This document shows, in pieces, positions 1-9,312 of a stretch of DNA of 64,000 bases. Position 1 is the first letter of the stretch. Each line of letters starts with the position of its first letter. This DNA is from Kiritimatiellia bacterium (lineage in GTDB: Bacteria; Verrucomicrobiota; Kiritimatiellia; RFP12; UBA1067). A program made the position numbers and the translations under genes. The stretch lies in NCBI GenBank assembly GCA_050949565.1, contig JBMNFY010000004.1:32001-96000 (forward strand), given 5' to 3'. The notes under the pieces were generated by a model, which worked only from the letters and a program-made list of their open reading frames with translations, did no database searches and was not told the DNA's origin.

Positions 1-57
1 ACTGCGTGGTCGCAATGGGGGAGGTCGACCGGCGACGTTCGACCCGCGACCTGCGGC

Positions 58-125
58 GATCCCGATCCCGATGGCGATGCCGATTTCGATGTGTCCGCAA
101 ACTCCTAACTCCTAAATCCTAAACT
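58..125. repeat. CGATNN hexamer run (58-90) plus C-rich heptamer run (CCTAAAT/CCTAACT, 100-125) upstream of gspE
   Basis: gatcccgatcccgatggcgatgccgatttcgat and actcctaactcctaaatcctaaact read directly; both families recur elsewhere in the window. Confidence 0.85.
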
Positions 126-203
126 TTCCTTCGCGCGCGGCGCGCGTTCAACAAAGTTGAATCGCGCCAAGCGCGTTTTAGGCATGGAAAATGCGCGTGT
201 CAT

Positions 204-220
204 ACCTTATACTATAAGGT
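204..220. promoter_or_regulatory. Perfect palindrome ACCTTATA-C-TATAAGGT overlapping a TATACT -10-like box; candidate operator/promoter of the gsp operon
   Basis: 8-1-8 inverted repeat, AT-rich, 43 nt before the gspE start. Confidence 0.45.
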
Positions 221-263
221 TTCGTTTTATGGGATCGGAATTTTTTGTGAAAGGATCGCCTTC

Positions 264-1958
264 ATGCCGGTTCAGCCGGATGCTTTTGCCGCCCTTGTCC
301 TGAAGAAAACAGGGCTGTTTACCGACTTGCAGCTTGACCATGTTTTGGCGGCTGACCGTTCGGACGGGACGGGTATTACGGGTGTGGTGGTGCGCCTGGG
401 GCTGGCGCGTGAGGATGAGTTCCTGCGCAAGATCGGCGAGGTGCTGGGCTTTACCTATACCGAATTGACGCAGACGCGGCCGACGGATGAGGCGCTGACC
501 AAGCTGCCGGCGCGTGCGGTGTACCAGTACAATGTGTTGCCGCTGACCGTCGATAACGGTGTGCTGACGGTGGTGACCTGTGATCCCTTCGATACCGGCA
601 TGACGGATGGCCTGCGGCTGGCGGCGGGTTGCCCGGTGCGGGTGACGCTTAGTCCGCGCGAAGAGATCAACAAGGCGGTTCAAAAATATTACGGCGTGGG
701 TGCCGACGCGATCGAGAAGATGATCGAGGATGGCCGCTATGCGGTGGACGCTGATCTGGCCTCGATCTCCAAGATCGATGTGAATGAGATGGGGGCCGAG
801 GCCTCGATCGTGCGCTTTGTGAACCAGATCATCGCCGAGGCGGACCGCCAGGGCGCGACCGATATCCACGTCGAGCCGATGGAGGACGAACTGCGGATCC
901 GTTACCGGATCGACGGCATGTTGCACAAGGTGGATGTGCCGCCGCAACTCAACCGGCTCAAGGCGGCGATCATTTCGCGTATCAAGGTCATGGCGAACTT
1001 GGATATCGCGGAGAAGCGGTTGCCGATGGACGGTCGTATCGGCGTCAGGCTCAACAATGACGACATCGACATCCGTGTCTCTACGATGCCGACGGCCTAC
1101 GGCGAGTCGATCTCGCTGCGTCTGTTGCAGAAGGCGGGCAACTTCGTTAAGCTGAGCGATCTTGGCTTTAATGATTTCGACTACGGCCATGTGGTCAAGT
1201 TGATCAACCGCCCCAATGGGATTTTTCTGGTGACCGGTCCCACCGGGTCGGGTAAGTCGACCTCGCTCTACGCCTTTCTGCACGAGATCAACAAGATGCA
1301 GGTGCGTATTCTGACGGTCGAAGACCCGATCGAGTACGAGATGCCGGGCATCAACCAAGTGTTGGTGCGGCAGGACATCGGGCTGACTTTCGCGCGTGCG
1401 CTGCGCGCCTTCCTGCGTCAGGATCCGGACATCATCATGGTCGGTGAAATTCGTGACGGCGAGACGGCGGAGATTGCGATCAACGCTTCGCTCACGGGCC
1501 ATCTGGTGTTCAGCACACTGCACACCAACGACGCGGCGGGTGCCTTCGCGCGCTTGATCGATATGGGCGCGGAGCCGTTTCTGGTGGCGTCAGCGGTGGC
1601 TGGCGTGATGGCGCAGCGCTTGGTGCGGCGGCTCTGCCTGAAGTGCCGTCGCGAGATTCCGCTGGATACGAAGTGGTATGATCTGTCGTATCCGCCGGCG
1701 AAGCAGACCGTCTGCGTGTCTGATGGGTGTGAGGCATGCACCAAGACCGGATATCGCGGACGTGGTGGACTCTTCGAGTTGCTGGTGGTCACGGAGGATA
1801 TCGAATCGGCGATCATCGGGCGCCAGTCTTCGAGCGAAATCCGCGAAATCGCGCTCACGCACGGCATGAAGACGCTGCGCGAGGACGGCTGGGCCAAGGT
1901 CTTCAGCGGCATGACGTCGGTGGAGGAGATCATCCGCGTGACGGAAGACGTGGCGTGA
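264..1958 (+). CDS. gspE: Type II secretion ATPase GspE/PilB family
   Basis: Walker A GPTGSGKS, TVEDPIEY, LRQDPDIIMVGEIRD, TGHLVFSTLHTN, tetracysteine CLKC/CEAC. Confidence 0.95.
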   Translation: MPVQPDAFAALVLKKTGLFTDLQLDHVLAADRSDGTGITGVVVRLGLAREDEFLRKIGEVLGFTYTELTQTRPTDEALTKLPARAVYQYNVLPLTVDNGVLTVVTCDPFDTGMTDGLRLAAGCPVRVTLSPREEINKAVQKYYGVGADAIEKMIEDGRYAVDADLASISKIDVNEMGAEASIVRFVNQIIAEADRQGATDIHVEPMEDELRIRYRIDGMLHKVDVPPQLNRLKAAIISRIKVMANLDIAEKRLPMDGRIGVRLNNDDIDIRVSTMPTAYGESISLRLLQKAGNFVKLSDLGFNDFDYGHVVKLINRPNGIFLVTGPTGSGKSTSLYAFLHEINKMQVRILTVEDPIEYEMPGINQVLVRQDIGLTFARALRAFLRQDPDIIMVGEIRDGETAEIAINASLTGHLVFSTLHTNDAAGAFARLIDMGAEPFLVASAVAGVMAQRLVRRLCLKCRREIPLDTKWYDLSYPPAKQTVCVSDGCEACTKTGYRGRGGLFELLVVTEDIESAIIGRQSSSEIREIALTHGMKTLREDGWAKVFSGMTSVEEIIRVTEDVA

Positions 1959-1966
1959 GGAGTGAG

Positions 1967-2043
1967 AATTTAGGAGTTAGGATTTAGGAGTTAGGAGTTG
2001 AGATGGGGCGGTTCCCAAAATTCCTAAATCCTAAATCCTAACT
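1967..2043. repeat. Inverted pair of heptamer arrays (TTTAGGA/GTTAGGA ... TCCTAAA) between gspE and gspF
   Basis: aatttaggagttaggatttaggagttaggagtt ... aattcctaaatcctaaatcctaact. Confidence 0.9.
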
Positions 2044-2059
2044 GACAGAGACTGGGTGC

Positions 2060-3307
2060 ATGGCGAATTTTTCTTACAAAGCGTTGACGAAAGACGGCCG
2101 CAAGGTCGAGGGTGTGCTGGAGGCGGCTGACCGCCGCGCCGCGCTGGCGGCGGTTGAAAAGCTGGGGCACACGCCGATTTCTGTGGTCGAGACCCGGAGC
2201 AAGCAGGCCAAGGCCAAGGGCACGCCGTTTTGGAAGCTCAAGATCGGCGGCGGCAAGGTGCGTATGAAGGCCACCGAAGTGCTACTCTTCACGTCGGAGC
2301 TGAGCGACCTGCTGGAGGCCGGCATGACGCTGGGCGCGGCGCTGAACTGTCTTGCCAATCAGGGTGAAGAGGATTCGGCGCAGAGCCAGATCGCCGGCGA
2401 CCTGCGCGACCGCATCATTCGCGGTGAGCAACTTTCGGACGCTGTGACGGCGCACCCCGACACCTTCCCGCCGCTTTACGGCAACATGATCCGGGCCGGC
2501 GAGGCGTCGGGCGCGATGATCGAGGTGCTGCGTCGTCTGGTGGAGCACTACGAGCGCAATGAGAGCATGCGTTCCAAGATCACTTCGGCGATGACCTACC
2601 CGATCGTGGTGTTGATCTTCGGGGTGGTCACGGTGATTTTCGCGATGGTCAAGGTGATCCCGCAGTTCGCCAAGATTTTCGAGGGTATGGGCACCACCCT
2701 GCCGTTGCCGACGCGCATTCTGGTGGGCACGAGCGATTTCGTCGTCAAGTACGGTGTTTTTCTGGCGGTGGCGATCGGCATAGGGGTGGTGATGTTCCGG
2801 CGTTATCTGAAGACCGATACCGGGCGCCTTTGGTGGGACGGCCTCAAGCTGAAAGCGCCGTTGATTAAGGGCATCGTGGCCTGCGGTGCGTATTCGAGTT
2901 TGGCCTATACCATGAAAACCCTGCTCGCCAACGGCGTGAATGTCTTGCAGGCGTTACGGATCGCCGAGGAGACTTGCGGCAATGCATTGATCGCCAGTGC
3001 CCTGCGCACCGCGCGTCAGCGCGTGACGGACGGCACCTCCATTTCCGGACCGCTGGCTACCAGCAAGGTGTTTCCCAAGATGATGACCGACATGTTGGCT
3101 GTCGGCGAGCAATCGGGCGACATGCCCTCGTCGTTGGGGCATATCGGGCGGCGGTACGAGAATGAGATGGACCGTAACATCAAGATTTTCACCAACGCAC
3201 TGGAACCGATCCTGATCGTGCTGATCGGCGGCGTGGTCGGTTTCGTGGCGGTCAGTATCCTGATGGCGGTCTTTAAGGTCACCTCGTCGCTCAGTCCGGC
3301 GGGCTGA
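2060..3307 (+). CDS. gspF: Type II secretion inner-membrane platform protein GspF/PilC
   Basis: N-terminal FSYKALTKDG, RAGEASG and AVGEQSG motifs, three TM segments, EPILIV. Confidence 0.95.
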   Translation: MANFSYKALTKDGRKVEGVLEAADRRAALAAVEKLGHTPISVVETRSKQAKAKGTPFWKLKIGGGKVRMKATEVLLFTSELSDLLEAGMTLGAALNCLANQGEEDSAQSQIAGDLRDRIIRGEQLSDAVTAHPDTFPPLYGNMIRAGEASGAMIEVLRRLVEHYERNESMRSKITSAMTYPIVVLIFGVVTVIFAMVKVIPQFAKIFEGMGTTLPLPTRILVGTSDFVVKYGVFLAVAIGIGVVMFRRYLKTDTGRLWWDGLKLKAPLIKGIVACGAYSSLAYTMKTLLANGVNVLQALRIAEETCGNALIASALRTARQRVTDGTSISGPLATSKVFPKMMTDMLAVGEQSGDMPSSLGHIGRRYENEMDRNIKIFTNALEPILIVLIGGVVGFVAVSILMAVFKVTSSLSPAG

Positions 3308-3354
3308 GCGGCATTGAGTGGTGCGGTAGGCATGTTCGACAGAACAAACAAAAG

Positions 3355-3509
3355 GAGGCACTTTAAAAAAACCTCGTAGCATGGGCGTCCCGCCCATGAA
3401 CACGGGCAAGATGCCCGTGCCACACCCCTCGTGGCATGGGCGCCCCCGCCCATGGGACACGGGCAAGATGCCCGTGCCACACCTGTGAGCAGGTTTTTGC
3501 GAGAGCCTC
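3355..3509. repeat. MITE-like shell with terminal inverted repeats enclosing two REP doublets (3376-3423, 3431-3480)
   Basis: GTAG/GTGG-catgggcgtcccgcccatg...cacgggcaagatgcccgtg-CCAC twice; ends gaggcac.../...gagagcctc; second copy at 62525-62625. Confidence 0.85.
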
Positions 3510-3526
3510 AGTAAGGAGAAAGCAAA

Positions 3527-3928
3527 ATGAAGAAAGATAGAGACGAAAAACGCAGGCGGAACCGCAGAAGCGGCTTCACGCTGGTGGAACTGCTGCTGGT
3601 GGTCTGCATTCTCGGCATCCTGGCCGCAGTGGTCATCCCGAATGTGATCGGCCATGACGAGGAGGCGCGGCGTCAGGCGACGCGCACGAGCATCGCGGCG
3701 ATCGAGCAGGCGGTGCAGATCTTTGCGATGCGCCATAACGGCAAATTGCCGGATTCGCTGGAAGAGCTGACCGTCGGGACCGATGATGCGCCGGGACTGC
3801 TGAAAGAGGGTGCGCTCGCAGATTCGTGGGGCACTCCGTTCCAGTACACCAAGACCGGCAAGAAGTTCAAGGTCGTCTCGGCTGGGCCGGACGGCGAGAT
3901 CGGCACCGAGGATGATCTCACGAACTAG
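3527..3928 (+). CDS. gspG: Major pseudopilin GspG
   Basis: RRSG|FTLVELL prepilin site; DSWGTPFQY and SAGPDG GspG C-terminal motifs; aaggag RBS. Confidence 0.93.
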   Translation: MKKDRDEKRRRNRRSGFTLVELLLVVCILGILAAVVIPNVIGHDEEARRQATRTSIAAIEQAVQIFAMRHNGKLPDSLEELTVGTDDAPGLLKEGALADSWGTPFQYTKTGKKFKVVSAGPDGEIGTEDDLTN

Positions 3929-4640
3929 GCGCCCCGGCGGCTTCACGCTGGTGGAGTTACTGGTGGTCATGGTGATCATCGGCGTGATGGCGCTGGTGAT
4001 CTTGCCGTCGTTCGGGACGGGTTCAGACATCGCGCGGATCAAGACCGCGTCGCGCGGGGTGATGCAGATGACGCGCTACGCGCGCACCATGGCAGTGCTC
4101 TACCAGACGCCGATGGATCTGGTGATCACGTCGAGCGGAGAATTGCGCGTTGAGCGTCGTGGCGGCGCTTCCGGAGGAGCGGGGGCCGCTACGGAAGGTG
4201 AGGATGCGCAGTCCGAGGCGTGGCGGCCGTCGGCCGAGCGCCAAGAGCTGGACGAACTGGCTACCCCGACCGATGGTGGGGAGGCCGCCGCAGGAGAGGG
4301 TGGGGGGAGCGGCTATGTCATGGCCGATCTCAACGCCTCGAAGCGTTACGAGCAGATCAGGTTTGTTGTGGCGCTTGACGAAGAGGCGCTGGAGTCGGAA
4401 GAGGCCGAGTTGCAGATCGAGGTGGAGGCGGACGAGGAGTCAGAAGACGCGGACGAATCCAACTGGGTTGACTCGGACAGGGAGCGGCCCCGGATGGCGC
4501 GGATCCCGTTCGAGACCAATGGGAGGTGTCTGCCGTTTGTTGTCCAGGTGATGGCTGGCGACGAAGATGCCGTGGATAGGATCACGGTGAAGGTCGACCG
4601 CTTCGGGGTGCCGAGGGTGGTCGATGAGGATGAGCGGTAA
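3912..4640 (+). CDS. gspH: Minor pseudopilin GspH-like
   Basis: Start reassigned to ATG 3912 (MISRTRRPGG|FTLVELL); acidic insertion; operon position. Confidence 0.75.
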   Translation: MISRTRRPGGFTLVELLVVMVIIGVMALVILPSFGTGSDIARIKTASRGVMQMTRYARTMAVLYQTPMDLVITSSGELRVERRGGASGGAGAATEGEDAQSEAWRPSAERQELDELATPTDGGEAAAGEGGGSGYVMADLNASKRYEQIRFVVALDEEALESEEAELQIEVEADEESEDADESNWVDSDRERPRMARIPFETNGRCLPFVVQVMAGDEDAVDRITVKVDRFGVPRVVDEDER

Positions 4641-5092
4641 TGCGGCGCGACGGATTCACGCTGATTGAGATTTTGCTGGCGACCATGATTCTGGCCGGCG
4701 GGCTATTCAGCCTGATGGTCGGGCTGAGCAATTGTGCCCAGATGATGGTGCTCTCAAAAGAGTATCAGGACGCGCAGTTTGTTTTCAGTCTGGGCGAACG
4801 ATGCTTTCCGATTCCACCGAATGACGAAATCACCGACCCCGAAGAGGACGAGCGGCTGAACATTGATCCGGTCGGCGCGGAAGAGATGATCGACGAACTA
4901 GAGATGGATGTGTCGCGGGAGGTTCGGGAGACTTACAAGGATTTCACTTTCGAGCGGATGGTCGAGGAGAAGGAACTGGCGACCAATGAAGAGGACGATG
5001 GCCTCTATGTGTTGCGCACGCGCATTTCGTGGGGTAGCGGTAAAGAGGGGTACTACGAGGAACTGGTGCGGCTGATCCGCAAAGGGAAGTAG
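4640..5092 (+). CDS. gspI: Minor pseudopilin GspI-like
   Basis: MRRDG|FTLIEILL; TAATG overlap with the upstream gene. Confidence 0.75.
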   Translation: MRRDGFTLIEILLATMILAGGLFSLMVGLSNCAQMMVLSKEYQDAQFVFSLGERCFPIPPNDEITDPEEDERLNIDPVGAEEMIDELEMDVSREVRETYKDFTFERMVEEKELATNEEDDGLYVLRTRISWGSGKEGYYEELVRLIRKGK

Positions 5093-5120
5093 ACAACTCA
5101 CCCAATCAAGAATGAGAGAG

Positions 5121-5477
5121 AAATCGGTTGGTGGCAAGGAGTCATGCTAGTTTAGTGCGTGGTTTGCGTGTGCGCAGTCGGGAGCGCGGGCGTCCCCGCC
5201 CGCAACAGCGTGTCTTGCGGTTTCTGTTTTGTCCGCAGATTTGCGCAGATTGCGCAGATTTTTTCATTTGCCCGCAGGGTGGGAGGGACGAGCGTCTGCT
5301 CGTCCGCGGGCAAGCAGACGCTTGCCCCTCCCGGCGCTCCGCGAGCCCGGATACCGCGCATCGGAATCTCAATCGGCCTTTCACAGAGCGGGCGGGGACG
5401 CCCGCGCTCCCGACTCACTGCTCCCCTTTTCACCAGAAAAGCATGATCTTCGCACATCCCCGTCACCAACCGATCAC
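5121..5477. repeat. Composite nested palindromic element: outer IR, 28-bp perfect inner IR (5176-5203/5388-5415), nested GGAG-REP doublet (5281-5332)
   Basis: Homologous copy at 53467-53722 and right arm at 20665-20712. Confidence 0.85.
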
Positions 5478-6426
5478 GGGCGAATCTTGCGAATCGCATC
5501 TGTGCAACACTGATTGCGGTCGGAGCAGTGGGGGTAAGGTACGGGGTTCCCGTTCGGGGTTTACCCTGCTTGAACTGATCATGGCGATCATGATCCTCGC
5601 GATCATGATGATCCTCTCGTTTTTTTGTTTTGATGCCGTGGTGCAGAGCTGGAACGCAGGCATGGAGATGTCGGACGCTATGTCGCAGGCCGATTATGTG
5701 ATGAATCAGGTTGTGTCCGGGTTGCGCTCCGCCTATTTTTCGCAGAGCGTGCAGAAGGACGATGAGCGCGGTTTTCAGTTTTCCGATGGCGGGGAAGGGC
5801 CGGAGGCGCGCGATTCAATTTCATGGATGAAAGAGGGGCGCGCTTTTGTGGGCGGATTGAAGGCGATTGACGGCAAGGCCGAAATCGCCGACATGCCGCA
5901 CCGCGTGATGCTGTATGTCGAGGACGAGGGACGCGAGGGCGGCGGCGGGTTGATGGCGAAGGCGTGGTCCAGCGATTTTCAGCCGGATGATTTTGATGTG
6001 GAAGAGGACGTCAAGGCCTTCTTGGTTTCGCCGCGCGTGATGGGGATGGACTGCAAAGTGCTGAAGAAGCCGCCGGAGGCGAATGCCAAAGAGATCGAGT
6101 GGGAGGACGAGTGGACCTCCTCCAACGCCCTGCCCTACAAGGTGTCGGTCACGCTCTATCTGCGGCCGCTGAAAGAGCGCGACGATCCGATCGCCGTGAC
6201 GCGCGACATCGAACTGCCGGTCTGGGATATCTCGCAGAATCCCGTTCGGAGCGGGGCGGCGTCGAATGAGAAGATCCCAGCGCGTTCGCCGCGCACCCAG
6301 TCTGGAACAGGGGCCGGCAGGGCCCCGCAGCCGGGCACGCCCGGTAGAGGGCCGGGCATGGATGGCATGCCGCAGCGGCAACCGATTGCGCCGGGCGGAC
6401 GTCCGCCGATGGGGGGGCCGCCATGA
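5443..6426 (+). CDS. gspJ: Minor pseudopilin GspJ-like; start uncertain (ATG 5443, or TTG 5128/GTG 5131), all candidates lie within the repeat
   Basis: RSG|FTLLELIMAIMIL at 5551-5600; LPYKVSVTL motif; Pro/Gly-rich tail. Confidence 0.75.
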   Translation: MIFAHPRHQPITGESCESHLCNTDCGRSSGGKVRGSRSGFTLLELIMAIMILAIMMILSFFCFDAVVQSWNAGMEMSDAMSQADYVMNQVVSGLRSAYFSQSVQKDDERGFQFSDGGEGPEARDSISWMKEGRAFVGGLKAIDGKAEIADMPHRVMLYVEDEGREGGGGLMAKAWSSDFQPDDFDVEEDVKAFLVSPRVMGMDCKVLKKPPEANAKEIEWEDEWTSSNALPYKVSVTLYLRPLKERDDPIAVTRDIELPVWDISQNPVRSGAASNEKIPARSPRTQSGTGAGRAPQPGTPGRGPGMDGMPQRQPIAPGGRPPMGGPP

Positions 6427-7874
6427 CGTTTTTAGGTTTCGGGTTTCGGGTTTCTGGTTTCAGTCGCACCGTTCGCGCGATTCACGCTGGCTTGCCGCAC
6501 ACGTTCATAGCGGAGCGGTTCGCGTACACGTACACGAAATACGGGCGGGGCACCGATTTCGATAGCGATACCGATTTCGATAGCGATTGTTTCGCCTGCC
6601 CGGTGCTAGATTTGGAGTGCGGCGGCAAGCGGTATTCCGCGCGACGCCGCTTTGGCGCGGACGGGCCGGAAAGCGGTGCCGCGACCCGCGCACAGCGCGG
6701 CTCTTGTCACCGCACTCCAAAATGCGTCGGACTCCCTTTTCACCGGAAAGATAAGGAGAGCGGCTCGGCGCTGATTATCGCGCTCTGGACGATCGCGCTA
6801 CTGTCATTGCTGGTTATGTCGTTTGCGCTGGACGCCATGCTGGAGGGCAAGATCAATGTTTACGTTCGGCAGCGGCGTCAGGTGGATTATTTGACACAGT
6901 CGGGCATTTCAATCGCCGAGATGCTGTTGCTGACCTACAAGAATGCGACGCCCGCCTCCACGTCGCCCACGACAGCCACAGGGGCGTCTTCGCAACAGAC
7001 GGCCGCAGGCGGGGATGAGGATGACAAGTGGTTGCAGGCCAAGCTTGACCTGCAGCACGGTTCCGCCAAGGTGAATGCATACGCTATTGAGCCGGACAAA
7101 CCCGAAAATGGCGTGGTGACGGTTGAGATCACCTCGGCTGACGCCAATAAGTGGCCGATCAATCTGCTGGTCAAAGGGGATATCGCCGACCAGATTTGGG
7201 AAAACATTCTGAATGTTATCGGGTTGCCGATGGAGTATCAGGAAGAGGTGGTCGATAGTTGGTATGACTGGCTGGACGCTGACAGCACCATCACCGGACG
7301 GAGCGGCGCCGAAGATGAGTATTACAACGATCTCGACAAGCCGTATAAAGTGCGGAACGGCCCGATCTCCTCGGTCGCCGAGTTGGAAATGATCAGGGGC
7401 ATCCGTGATCGACCCGCTATTTTCAGCGGCGGCGTCTTGAACCCCGAGGAGAAGAATAAGAAGGCGCAGGTCCGTATCCAATTTGGGCTTAAGGCTTTTT
7501 TTGACATCTATGGGGAAACTGTTAAGATCAATGTCAATTCCGCTGAGCTAGAGGTGTTGTTGACAGTGCCGGGCATCGATGGCGACAGTTTGTTGGCGAA
7601 TGCGATCATAGAAGAGCGGAGGACTGGCGCCAACCGGACTACATCAGGAGATGCGTCGGCCGAAAGCCTGTTGTTTAAAGACTGGAACGATCTGAACACG
7701 CGCATTCCCGGCGGTGTCCCGAGCGAGGCGGAGCCTTTTTTGGCTTACGCGCCTCAGAAGTATTTTGAAATCGCGGTGACGGGCGAGGCGGGAGGAATCT
7801 CGCACCAGATCAAGGCAGTGGCGATTGTCGAGGGCGACCGGGTGCGTTATCTGCGCTGGCGTGAAGATCCGTAG
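6423..7874 (+). CDS. gspK: Minor pseudopilin GspK with a 114-aa repeat-derived leader
   Basis: KESG|SALIIALW, DWLDAD, GAEDEYY, RNGPISSVAELEMIRG, ININSA-like motif, LRWRE end; ATGA overlap with the gspJ stop. Confidence 0.9.
   Translation: MTFLGFGFRVSGFSRTVRAIHAGLPHTFIAERFAYTYTKYGRGTDFDSDTDFDSDCFACPVLDLECGGKRYSARRRFGADGPESGAATRAQRGSCHRTPKCVGLPFHRKDKESGSALIIALWTIALLSLLVMSFALDAMLEGKINVYVRQRRQVDYLTQSGISIAEMLLLTYKNATPASTSPTTATGASSQQTAAGGDEDDKWLQAKLDLQHGSAKVNAYAIEPDKPENGVVTVEITSADANKWPINLLVKGDIADQIWENILNVIGLPMEYQEEVVDSWYDWLDADSTITGRSGAEDEYYNDLDKPYKVRNGPISSVAELEMIRGIRDRPAIFSGGVLNPEEKNKKAQVRIQFGLKAFFDIYGETVKINVNSAELEVLLTVPGIDGDSLLANAIIEERRTGANRTTSGDASAESLLFKDWNDLNTRIPGGVPSEAEPFLAYAPQKYFEIAVTGEAGGISHQIKAVAIVEGDRVRYLRWREDP
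6611..6721. repeat. TGGAGTGCGG...CCGCACTCCA REP-like palindromic doublet inside the gspK leader
   Basis: 6670-6719 is identical over 50 nt to 53359-53408. Confidence 0.9.
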
Positions 7875-7890
7875 GGAAGCGCATGTTGAT

Positions 7891-9312
7891 ATGACGAAGA
7901 GCGATTTGATAGCGTTGTTGGCGGAAGGCGGCGTGCTGCGGGGCGTGAAATTCGCCCCGCGCGGACGTGACGGCTGGACGCGTATCGGCGGAGGGGTCTG
8001 GCCGCTGGAGACGCCCGATGCCGAAGTGGCGGCTGACGAAACCGAGGTCGACGCGACCGCGCCCCTTGTGGTTGCGGACGAGACCGTGGTCGAGAGCGAT
8101 AAGCCGCTGACGCGGGCGTTGGTGGCGGCCCGTTCGGCGTTGGGGGCGCGTGACATCGTGTTGGCGCTGCCGCTTTCTCAGGTGTTGGTGCGTGTCTTCA
8201 AGATGCCGCTGGAGGTTCGTGACGACGTGGCGGATGCCGTGACGTTGCAGATGGACAAGCTCTCCCCCTTCCCCGGTGAGGAGTTGGCGGTCGGCTGCGA
8301 AATCCTGAGTGAAACCGAGTCGCATCTTTGGGTGTTTGCCGCTGCTCTGCCGGCTGCGGTTTTCGAAGAGTTGGGCGCGGCGTTGGACGAGGCACGCTTG
8401 CAGGCGGTGCGCACGGACGTCGCCGTGCTGGGCTGGCTGCGATCACTGAGCGGTCCCTGCCAACTGATGCGCCCCGGTCGGCGCGTGGTGTTGATGGATC
8501 CGGACGGTTCGTGGGATTTGGCGGTGCTGGATCACGGTGTGCCGGTTTTGGCGCGCGGTCTGGGCGGGGCTGCATCCGTTGAAGATGTGATCCGGGAGTT
8601 GACCCTCTCCCTGTTGAATGCCGAAATGGAGGCCGGTGGCGGCACGGTGGCTGAGGTGTTGGTGGTCTCGCAGCAAGCGCCGGACCGGACGCTCGTCGAA
8701 AAGCTGCGTGACTTGACCGGTGCCGAAGTCCGGCATGTGGTGCCGCCGACGCCGGACGGCGGGGTCGAGGGCGTGGCGCTGCGTGCCGGCGAGGGCGCTG
8801 CGTTGGACCTCACGCCGCAAGTGTGGCGCGACCAGATCAAGGCGTTGCGCGTCCGCAAGCGGGTCATGACCGGCGTGGGGATTGCGCTGGCGATATGGGC
8901 GGGGCTGATGGGCACGCTCTTCGCCGGGCCGGCGGTTTACAAGCAGCTCACCGCGCAGGTCCGCAAGCACTCGCGCGCGCACGCCAAGGCCTATAGGCAG
9001 GTCTCCGACACGCGCGAGCGCGTCAACCTGATCGAGTCCTACACCGACCGCTCCCGTTCGTCGCTGGAGATGCTGCGCTTGGTCTCCTCGGTCTTGCCAC
9101 AAGGGGTCACGCTGATCGGATTCACGTATCGGCGCGACGAAGGCGTGAAGGTTTCGGGCGAGGCCGATCAGCCGACGGTGGTTTACGATTTCAAGAATGC
9201 GGTGACCGAAAACCCGCTGTTCGAATCGGTCGGGTTGGTCGGCCCTTCGATCAGCAGGGGCAAGCATAAGTTTGACGTCGACGCAACGTTCAAGGGGAGG
9301 CCTGAGAAATGA
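7891..9312 (+). CDS. gspL: GspL-like (PilM/PilN-like) assembly platform protein
   Basis: Actin-like cytoplasmic region (LSPFP), single TM, PilN-like periplasmic domain (VKVSGEA); operon position; ATG 7891. Confidence 0.7.
   Translation: MTKSDLIALLAEGGVLRGVKFAPRGRDGWTRIGGGVWPLETPDAEVAADETEVDATAPLVVADETVVESDKPLTRALVAARSALGARDIVLALPLSQVLVRVFKMPLEVRDDVADAVTLQMDKLSPFPGEELAVGCEILSETESHLWVFAAALPAAVFEELGAALDEARLQAVRTDVAVLGWLRSLSGPCQLMRPGRRVVLMDPDGSWDLAVLDHGVPVLARGLGGAASVEDVIRELTLSLLNAEMEAGGGTVAEVLVVSQQAPDRTLVEKLRDLTGAEVRHVVPPTPDGGVEGVALRAGEGAALDLTPQVWRDQIKALRVRKRVMTGVGIALAIWAGLMGTLFAGPAVYKQLTAQVRKHSRAHAKAYRQVSDTRERVNLIESYTDRSRSSLEMLRLVSSVLPQGVTLIGFTYRRDEGVKVSGEADQPTVVYDFKNAVTENPLFESVGLVGPSISRGKHKFDVDATFKGRPEK

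Noticed and set aside
207-1523. Long antisense ORFs (also 10617-11774, 18523-19878, 33557-35071, 35448-37988, 43564-45357)
   Set aside because: Shadow frames of well-supported genes in high-GC DNA with no family motifs
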